Origin: a virus | Virus record (IMG/VR): IMGVR_UViG_3300035698_012970 | Span: 24,152-88,151 of that record | Length of the DNA stretch: 64,000 bases | Reading direction: 5' to 3' (one strand) | Part shown: piece by piece, positions 57,360 through 64,000 of the stretch | Position numbering within the stretch: the stretch's first letter is position 1 | Layout of the letters: every line of letters starts with the position of its first letter | Translations under genes and position numbers: made by a program | The notes under the pieces: model-generated | What the model saw: only the letters and a program-made list of their open reading frames with translations | The model's database searches: none | Told to the model about the DNA's origin: nothing

Positions 57360-57985
57360 TTCTTGTATATTTCAAAGTTTGATAAATCAGGATATGGGAT
57401 TTCCAAATCTTTATTAGTTTTCTTAGTACCATCAATGTTATAAAATTGATTCATCAATAATAATCCTCTAGCAGCTAATTCTGGCATCATATAGAAATTC
57501 CAACCGAGCATATCAAAATGATCGTCGTGATAAGAGGTCTCACGTCTACCACTATATCTTGCTCGCTTAAACCATAGATATGCCTGATAATTATCAGTTA
57601 GTATTGCTCCGCCCTTGCTCAATTTAAAGTGCTTATATGGACCAGTAAATGAGACACACATGTGGGTATTTGGTTTATACATATCTGCAGTAAACATTAA
57701 TGCTGAATCCCACACCTTAGTTGGTTCTAATTGATATGCACCCTTTAGTGTTTTTCCTTTTGTTGGCTTGAATTTAACTTTACCCCCTGCGTGTATTATC
57801 TCACAGGGTACAGATGGATATGTTCTAGAAGGTATAGTTACTTCTGAATCTTTAATGTTTTCATACATAAGGGATAAAAAAATAGCATTAGATGCATTAT
57901 CTACCGTTACTACGTATGGTGCTCCTGTATAATCACTTAAAGCTTTTTCAAAATTCTCAGTTATCTGGTATACCCCGTTCGCCAT
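57356..57985 (-). CDS. DegT/DnrJ/EryC1/StrS aminotransferase (short form)
   Basis: FEKALSDYTGA, VWDSA, SFTGPYKH, GGAILT, GWNFYM; likely start MANGVY at 57985. Confidence 0.85.
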   Translation of the reverse strand: MANGVYQITENFEKALSDYTGAPYVVTVDNASNAIFLSLMYENIKDSEVTIPSRTYPSVPCEIIHAGGKVKFKPTKGKTLKGAYQLEPTKVWDSALMFTADMYKPNTHMCVSFTGPYKHFKLSKGGAILTDNYQAYLWFKRARYSGRRETSYHDDHFDMLGWNFYMMPELAARGLLLMNQFYNIDGTKKTNKDLEIPYPDLSNFEIYKK

Positions 57986-58417
57986 TTTTAATTTCCTCGT
58001 CTGTTGCAAGTCTTATTGGTACGAATAGTGCAAAACCATCGTCATCCTCAAAGTGATTGCAAGTATCAATAAATGTGTTTCCAAACTTATAGCGGGTATA
58101 TTTGAATTGTTTCTCCTTGTTATCCCATTTTGCAATGGTTGCAATTCTATGCTCTCCATAGTAATGTTGACCATCAATAAGATCAACCTTAGGAACTGCT
58201 CCAGCATTGATTAATCTGGGCACATAGAAGCTTTTCCAAACCTCCGGTTCGGCTTGTGGTAAATTAGGAACATCAACGGTTTTTACAAACTTAGGTAAGT
58301 TATCCCAAGCTTCTTCTTGTTTTTTAACACGAGCTTCTTTATCCTTTCGTATAACAGCTCTAAATTCCGCTATTTGTTCTTCTGTTGGTTTCTTCTTTTC
58401 CATAAGCAAAAGTTTAG

Positions 58418-58489
58418 TACGTCTAAGAAGATTCGAACTCCCATCTCCCGGGCCGTAACCGGGTGTTCTATCCGTTGAACTATAGACGC
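58418..58489 (-). tRNA. tRNA-Arg(ACG)
   Basis: CCCGG-TTACGGC-CCGGG. Confidence 0.9.
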
Positions 58490-59146
58490 TTATGTTTTAT
58501 ATATTATAAATGATCCAGTATACTCATTAGTAACTGTTCCTGTTAGATCGTGTTCTTCACAGAATTCATCAACTGCAGGATTAACTCCAAATACTCCAGT
58601 ATAATTATAATCTCCATCCGGTTTATTATTATCTCTAAACCACATATGTTTATCTATACCATTTTCATGCATTGGATTTGTTGAATCATACCAATCCAGA
58701 CTTAAATAATCATGTCCCATTAATAAACCTCCTTGTTTTATCTTAGGGTACCAAAGTTCGATGTCCTCTTTGACGTATTTATATGTATGATTTCCATAAA
58801 TATAAACAAAATCTAGAGATTCATCGGAAAACAAATCGACTAATTCATTACTTAGTCCTCTTAACATAAAAGCTCTATTTTCAAAACCTTTTATATTATC
58901 TATTGCTTCTTGATAAGCATTAAGATGATTCTTATGATTTGATGCATCCATATATTCATTACCTAAAGGTCTCCAAGGATCTATCATATAAAGTTTACCA
59001 TCCCAGTTTTCCATTATATGTTTACTAAACTGACCTTTGAAAACCCCAATCTCAACTCCTACCTTAGCATTTTCTCTATTTAAGATCCTAGGTATCTCAG
59101 AATCTCTATCAGCATCAATTGATGTAAGCATTTTTCTTTTTATCAT
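58490..59146 (-). CDS. Class I SAM methyltransferase (Methyltransf_24-like)
   Basis: GVEIGVFKG, IDPW, GGLLMGHDY; reads DFVYIYGNH where IDGNH is usual. Confidence 0.85.
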   Translation of the reverse strand: MIKRKMLTSIDADRDSEIPRILNRENAKVGVEIGVFKGQFSKHIMENWDGKLYMIDPWRPLGNEYMDASNHKNHLNAYQEAIDNIKGFENRAFMLRGLSNELVDLFSDESLDFVYIYGNHTYKYVKEDIELWYPKIKQGGLLMGHDYLSLDWYDSTNPMHENGIDKHMWFRDNNKPDGDYNYTGVFGVNPAVDEFCEEHDLTGTVTNEYTGSFIIYKT

Positions 59147-59169
59147 ATTATCTATAGATTACATAAAAG

Positions 59170-59248
59170 TGGGAGTGGAGGGATTCGAACCCCCAATGCC
59201 GAAGCCATAGATTTACAGTCTACTAGGCGACCATTGCCCAACACTCCC
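59170..59248 (-). tRNA. tRNA-Tyr(GTA)
   Basis: GTAGA-CTGTAAA-TCTAT with variable arm. Confidence 0.9.
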
Positions 59249-59567
59249 TTATTGTTTTATATATTTGGATTTTTCATTAATGAAAATACCTTTTTATCCC
59301 TTTCTTCCCTTACATAGAAATCATTAAAAGGTGCATTAATTGCTTTAATCCTATTATCATCCTCTAAATACCATTCTGCTAATTCTAAAGCTGCATACAT
59401 TACATCACCAAATTCACCAAATTCATGATTGTCTCCATACCAACCAGTTTGTTCACCATAGTCTCTAAACTCTATAGAAAAACAAGCATTGCTGCCGTTT
59501 TTATAATGTTCTGGCTCTATATGTATGAAAACATTCTTTAATTGTAATTTATTAAGTCTTTCTCTCA

Positions 59568-60209
59568 TTATGAAATATATTCATGTTTATTAATTAGTTC
59601 CAATTCGTCAGAATTAATTTCCTTCCCTTCCCATTTTATAGAATCTATAATTAATTTAGTGTTTTTAAATAACCTAATTTCTTTTTCTTCATTAAAAGAT
59701 TCATGCTCTAGGTTCAATCTAAGGGTTTCTATCCAATCGATATGTTCTTGTTTAACTGTGGTTTCGAATAATATTATAGCTGTTTTATTGTCTTGATTGT
59801 GTCCCCAATGTGCTTCCGCAGAATCTTCATCATATGTCCAATATCTGCCAATTCTTTTTACCTTACCAGATTTTAATTTTTCCAAATAATCATCACCAAC
59901 TTTCATTTCTCGATAAAGAGTAATTTGGCTACCTAAGTGAGTAAACATATCTTTTAAATTATCAAACCTGTTTTCTAATTCATACTTAAGCCATTCTTTA
60001 AAATCCTCAGATTGGGTAATTTTATAAACCTCATCTTCATCATCAGGATCTAAATTTTCTCTATGTTCCTCCCAACTATATTGAGCTGCATACGGATCAA
60101 GAAATCCTTTTTCATCTTGTAGTTCGATAAATTTTTTATTTATAACCTCTGATGCACTAATGAAAGATAAACTTTTTTCGAATAAACGAAATGTATTAAT
60201 ATTAATCAT
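59568..60209 (-). CDS. Putative ADP-ribosyltransferase-fold protein
   Basis: TLYRE, GRYWT and EKEIRL spacing resembles R-S-E clade ARTs. Confidence 0.45.
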   Translation of the reverse strand: MININTFRLFEKSLSFISASEVINKKFIELQDEKGFLDPYAAQYSWEEHRENLDPDDEDEVYKITQSEDFKEWLKYELENRFDNLKDMFTHLGSQITLYREMKVGDDYLEKLKSGKVKRIGRYWTYDEDSAEAHWGHNQDNKTAIILFETTVKQEHIDWIETLRLNLEHESFNEEKEIRLFKNTKLIIDSIKWEGKEINSDELELINKHEYIS

Positions 60210-60212
60210 AAA

Positions 60213-60935
60213 CTATATATTTGAAATTATCTTATTTTTAAATTCTTTCAGTGTATAAATTACGCTGAAATTAAGGTTTAATTCCTTATATAAATCTAAT
60301 TTATTGAGCCAATATTCATAATCCTTGCCCAACCACTTCTTCCTTTTCTCCCTGTTAATACCATCCAATTCGATCCACTCATCGCTTTCTAACAAATATA
60401 CATCAGATACCTTAGCAGATTCTGGGATTGGTTTATGTGCTTCGAATAGAATCTGATTATCTTCCAATAGTTCATAACATTCTTTTTCCAGAATGGATTC
60501 ATACCTAGTTCCACCCTTTGTTATCCCTTTAGTTCCAAATCCTCCCTTTCTTCCAATCTCTCTTAACCTTTTTCTTTCTTCTATATTCTCACACTGCTTT
60601 TTCTTAGCGATTGATATTTTTTCTCTAGTCTCTGGTAGTATCTCTCTATTCTTCATAAACTTGGAGATATCTTTTCTACGTTCATCAGTAAAGGAGTTTA
60701 ACACGCTATTCTTTATTTTCTCCCTGACCTCTTGTCTATGTGATCCATTATTTATAGACATCCTCTCTTTCTGACTTTCGGTAAGTGGTCTACCCTTTAA
60801 ACTTTTGCTAACTTTTTGGTTAATCTCCTTTCTTTTAGATTTAGTGCTAAACCCTCTAGCACACTTTGGTGAACAGAATCTACCAGATCCATATTCTCCA
60901 CTATGTTCGCTTTCACAATTTTCACAAATTCTCAT
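60213..60935 (-). CDS. PD-(D/E)xK homing endonuclease with MRICENC N-terminal module
   Basis: ESILE, VSDVYL...WIELDG; NUMOD3-like linker. Confidence 0.75.
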   Translation of the reverse strand: MRICENCESEHSGEYGSGRFCSPKCARGFSTKSKRKEINQKVSKSLKGRPLTESQKERMSINNGSHRQEVREKIKNSVLNSFTDERRKDISKFMKNREILPETREKISIAKKKQCENIEERKRLREIGRKGGFGTKGITKGGTRYESILEKECYELLEDNQILFEAHKPIPESAKVSDVYLLESDEWIELDGINREKRKKWLGKDYEYWLNKLDLYKELNLNFSVIYTLKEFKNKIISNI

Positions 60936-60985
60936 GATTGTTTTATTTTATATATCATTCGAACTCATGACTTTTTGTTTGCTTG

Positions 60986-61071
60986 TAGGACCACCCGGAC
61001 TCGAACCGGGATTATACTTCTCGTCTCCACCATGTAAAAGTGGGATGTTTATCCAGTTACACCATGGTCCT
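60986..61071 (-). tRNA. tRNA-Val(TAC) with long variable region
   Basis: CCACT-TTTACAT-GGTGG. Confidence 0.85.
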
Positions 61072-61102
61072 ATATAATAACAAAAGTGATTTCTTGCAAC
61101 CA

Positions 61103-61180
61103 TGCCCATCACGGAGTCGAACCGCTCTGGTTGGGGTCCTGACCCCCGCTTCACTCACCCCCTACTACCACTTCAGGAAC
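61103..61180 (-). ncRNA. Degenerate tRNA-like element
   Basis: T-arm GCGG-TTCGACT-CCGT and a GGGGTC/GACCCC hairpin. Confidence 0.4.
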
Positions 61181-61197
61181 TTTTGTATTTGTTATTG

Positions 61198-61267
61198 TGG
61201 GATAGGAGAGACTCGAACTCTCCAAGGCTGAGGGTTTACAATCCTGGCCAGTATCCTTTCACATCCC
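61198..61267 (-). ncRNA. D-stem-less tRNA-like RNA with GTA loop
   Basis: GGGATG/TATCCC acceptor; GAGAG-TTCGAGT-CTCTC T-arm. Confidence 0.55.
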
Positions 61268-61273
61268 ATATTA

Positions 61274-61384
61274 CTAAGATTTGCCTTTGTGTTTGGCTTT
61301 CCTAGTATACTTCTTCTTGTTGCGTTGGATATTAGGCTTAACTGCCGCCCAGATATCCTGCATTGTCATTTCTACTTTTTTCAT
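61274..61384 (-). CDS. 36-aa basic peptide (MKKVEMTMQDIWAAVKPNIQRNKKKYTRKAKHKGKS)
   Basis: Clean small ORF filling an inter-tRNA spacer. Confidence 0.55.
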   Translation of the reverse strand: MKKVEMTMQDIWAAVKPNIQRNKKKYTRKAKHKGKS

Positions 61385-61400
61385 GATTTCTAATAATTTG

Positions 61401-61495
61401 TGACCCCTCTGGGGCTCGAACCCAGGACCCCCTGATTAAATCTTGATATTTCTTAACTAAAGTCAGGTGCTCTAAGCCAACTGAGCTAAGAGGTC
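61401..61495 (-). tRNA. tRNA-Lys(TTT) with a 20-nt anticodon-loop insertion
   Basis: CCTGA-CTTT[insert]TAA-TCAGG; other arms canonical. Confidence 0.8.
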
Positions 61496-61561
61496 AATCC
61501 TACTAACTTGTTTCCATTGAAGCAAGTTTTTCTAATTTTTTTCTTTCTCTATATGCTTTAG

Positions 61562-61635
61562 TACCCTGTGCCGGAATCGAACCGAGCATTTGGGGAGTGA
61601 AAGTCCCCCGTACTGAACCGTTATACGAACAGGGT
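61562..61635 (-). tRNA. tRNA-Glu(TTC)
   Basis: GGGGA-CTTTCAC-TCCCC. Confidence 0.92.
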
Positions 61636-61641
61636 ATAGTA

Positions 61642-61660
61642 ACCAACATGTCAAAGAACT
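61642..61660 (-). promoter_or_regulatory. boxA-like antitermination motif
   Basis: AGTTCTTTGACATGTTGGT, preceded by a TGTAAAT/ATTTACA hairpin. Confidence 0.75.
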
Positions 61661-61694
61661 GTAAATTTGAGGTATTTACAAAACCTATATCAAC

Positions 61695-61726
61695 AAAAAA
61701 GCCTAAATCTTTTGGATTTAGGCTTT
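61695..61726 (-). terminator. Attenuator terminator of tRNA operon 3
   Basis: GCCTAAATC-CAAAA-GATTTAGGC-TTTTTT. Confidence 0.9.
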
Positions 61727-61745
61727 ATCATTATAGTAATTATTA

Positions 61746-61856
61746 TTACATGATATTATGTAAAGCCCAAAATCCTCCCTCTTCATACTTCTTATAGTAT
61801 GCTACCACGACAGAGCGTGAAGAGTTGTTTACAGTATTTAAGCTATTCAAATTCAT
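61746..61856 (-). CDS. Leader peptide 3 (MNLNSLNTVNNSSRSVVVAYYKKYEEGGFWALHNIM)
   Basis: 36-codon ORF between promoter and terminator; core of Arg/Val/Tyr/Lys/Glu codons. Confidence 0.85.
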   Translation of the reverse strand: MNLNSLNTVNNSSRSVVVAYYKKYEEGGFWALHNIM

Positions 61857-61876
61857 TATTTCTATTTGTTTGAGTA

Positions 61877-61937
61877 TTATATATCTTTTCCTTTTAAAGT
61901 TTCACCAAATATAGGAAACTTTTACGTTATAAAAAAA
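61877..61937 (-). promoter_or_regulatory. Stacked promoters of tRNA operon 3
   Basis: Early-type motif at 61906-61937, GAAAC-N17-TATAA at 61877-61903, GATATATA at 61878-61885. Confidence 0.75.
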
Positions 61938-62162
61938 TTTATTTAATGTTATTTTAAAATTTTTTCTGCTTTTGCATATTCTCGGTATACATCTTTATCT
62001 TTTTCTGCATTGTTTTTGATTGCTTTTTCTATCGCATCTTCTTTACTTAGTGCAAAAAATGTACCTAATTCTTTTACCCCTTCTTCCTCTGTACCCCATT
62101 GGAAGAATACCCGAAATTTAATTCCTTTATTCATATTTTTAATTTGATGGATTAAAATATTA

Positions 62163-62498
62163 TTATTTCTTATTCATCTTCTTTATGATAGCAGCTTGTA
62201 ACGCTTCAGGCAATTTCTTTTGCTTAGCACTTAAACCATTAGGTTTATCGTCCTTCTTATCAGCACATTTGCATTTATCAGCACATTTACATTTACCTTT
62301 ACCAGTACACTTACATTTCTTAGCACATTCACATTTGCTAGCAGCTTTAGCATCAGCTTTACTGTCCTTCTTAGCAGGTTTCTCGCCTTGCTTCTTTAGA
62401 ATAGCATCTTGTAAAGCTTCTGGTAATTTTTTCTGCTTAGCACTTAATTCTTCATTAAGGAATTCATCATATGTGTATACTTTTCTTACTTTTGTCAT
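62163..62498 (-). CDS. Small basic protein with duplicated LSAKQKKLPEALQ motif and Cys-rich core
   Basis: Internal repeat; KCxC repeats; GATATATA upstream. Confidence 0.75.
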   Translation of the reverse strand: MTKVRKVYTYDEFLNEELSAKQKKLPEALQDAILKKQGEKPAKKDSKADAKAASKCECAKKCKCTGKGKCKCADKCKCADKKDDKPNGLSAKQKKLPEALQAAIIKKMNKK

Positions 62499-62529
62499 AA
62501 TTTCAAAATAATATATTTACTATATATAT

Positions 62530-63330
62530 CTAAATTGGGGTTTCAATTTTATTTAGAAGATCACAACTTACATGTGTGTATATTTCAGTAGTTTTACTTG
62601 ATTTGTGACCAGCAATACTTTGTATAATCCTTAAATTAACACCAGACTCAACCATTGAGGTAAAACAACTATGTCTTAATAAATGCATATGATATTGTTC
62701 TCCTAAATGTTTTTTAACTATTCTATTACATGACGAAGCTGTATATTGTTTTTTCGTTTGTCCATTAAATAGAAAATTCACTGGACGATATTCACTAAAA
62801 TATTCACGTAATAATTTTAATACATAATTTGATAGTGGAACAATTCTATCTTTCCGTCCTTTCCCATTTTTGATATAAATAACCATTCGATTCGAATCAA
62901 TATCAATGATTTTTAAGTTTATTAGTTCAGAAACCCTTATCCCAGTAGAATAACATAATGTAATTATTGACTTGTGTTTTAGATTTTTAATTTTAGCTAT
63001 GGTTGTTAAAATATGCTTCCTAGAAATAACCCGTGGAAGTTTACTTTCTCCCTTTGGTCGATCGAATTTTAACTTATTGTATTTTTTATTTAGAACCTTA
63101 TTATAAAAAAATTTAATTGCACTTATGATTTGGTTCTGTTGTGAAATTGATGTGAAATTATATTCATCAAGATATTTCTGAAAATCCAAAGAAATGATAT
63201 GTTGCGGATATTTATTAGTATTAATCAGAAATTTTTTAATGTAATGCAAATATATTTCTATAGACCGATTTGAATAATTATAATATTTAAGTTTTTGTTT
63301 AGAGATCTCTAAAATTCTATCGTGCTTCAT
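62530..63330 (-). CDS. Tyrosine recombinase (integron-integrase-like)
   Basis: YSTGIRVSE, GKGRKDR, HLLRHS, GHKSSKTTEIY; N-terminal SAM-like domain. Confidence 0.92.
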   Translation of the reverse strand: MKHDRILEISKQKLKYYNYSNRSIEIYLHYIKKFLINTNKYPQHIISLDFQKYLDEYNFTSISQQNQIISAIKFFYNKVLNKKYNKLKFDRPKGESKLPRVISRKHILTTIAKIKNLKHKSIITLCYSTGIRVSELINLKIIDIDSNRMVIYIKNGKGRKDRIVPLSNYVLKLLREYFSEYRPVNFLFNGQTKKQYTASSCNRIVKKHLGEQYHMHLLRHSCFTSMVESGVNLRIIQSIAGHKSSKTTEIYTHVSCDLLNKIETPI

Positions 63331-63471
63331 GTTAATAATGAATGAATTATGTTAGGTGTCTTATATATGATAGTTATAGTTAATGATGTATATCATTTAT
63401 ATTAATCATTAGTGGTTCTCCACATTTTTCACACTTACCAATTTCAATTAGTGGTTCAATAACATCACTAA

Positions 63472-63602
63472 CTATAACACCAGATAAACTGAATTTTTTC
63501 AGTTCCTCTTTGGTAGGTGTCTTTAATTTTACTTCTATTCCACTTGGTAATTTCATATCTTTTAATTTAGTTAAAAACTCAGCTTATCTGTAATCGTTAT
63601 AC
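63472..63602. repeat. attC-like imperfect inverted repeat
   Basis: CTATAAC-AC-CAGATAA ... TTATCTG-TAATC-GTTATAC. Confidence 0.5.
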
Positions 63603-63673
63603 TCCATGCCTTAGTTCAGTTCTTCGATTTAACATTTGTGATGAAAAACAAAAAGATTTTTTCCAACGCACAT

Positions 63674-64000
63674 TTAATATAGATTTTCAATATCATCATC
63701 ATTGAATTTATTAAATAAATCACTTGCATCCATAACACTTACAATGCAATCATCACTAATTGGATAATCAACATAAATTCCATGAACAAATAAAGTGTCT
63801 TCTTCATATCCAGCATCAACACAATTTGATTTTACCTTTAAAATAGAGTATTCTTCATTATCTTTATAAGAACCAAAGTTTACTGATAAATCATAAGCAG
63901 CAATTAATGATGTTGCAAAATATAATCGGTTTTTAAACGGTTTATTATTTATCGCAATACCATCTTTAGGTACAAATCCATTTTTCTTTATTTGTGAAAC
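63674..64000 (-). pseudogene. 5'-partial ART/Tpt1-like gene with an apparent +1 frameshift near 63945
   Basis: ..IKKNGFVPKDGIAI/NNKPFKNRLYFATS.. joins if one A is removed from a homopolymer. Confidence 0.45.

Noticed and set aside
625-62511. Numerous short antisense ORFs in the track
   Set aside because: They are shadows of longer genes on the opposite strand, with no independent signals.
1-64000. CRISPR array, retron/DGR, rRNA, canonical tmRNA
   Set aside because: I saw no regularly spaced repeats, no reverse transcriptase, no rRNA, and no tRNA-like ends enclosing a tag ORF of tmRNA length.

Overview
AT-rich segment of a very large (jumbo-type, probably T4-like) bacteriophage genome whose host is most likely Bacteroidota: 12 copies of a promoter with a TAnnTTTG-type -7 box, and a T9SS cargo gene. 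Almost everything is on the minus strand. It holds dense arrays of small hypothetical genes, about 7 free-standing homing endonucleases and a translation/tRNA-maintenance kit (Thg1-like protein, CCA-adding enzyme, GGQ release-factor domain, minimal RNase P RNA). It also holds three tRNA operons (20 recognisable tRNAs plus several tRNA-like RNAs), a glycosylation cassette, and an integron-like tyrosine recombinase with an attC-like site at the right end. Main discovery: each tRNA operon is preceded by stacked promoter motifs, a short unannotated leader ORF, an anti-terminator inside that ORF and an intrinsic terminator. The central codons of each leader are those decoded by the tRNAs of its own operon. 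This is the layout of ribosome-mediated, multivalent transcription attenuation, here applied to phage tRNA arrays so that they would be expressed when the matching host tRNAs are depleted or uncharged. All calls were made by eye; no database searches or folding programs were run.
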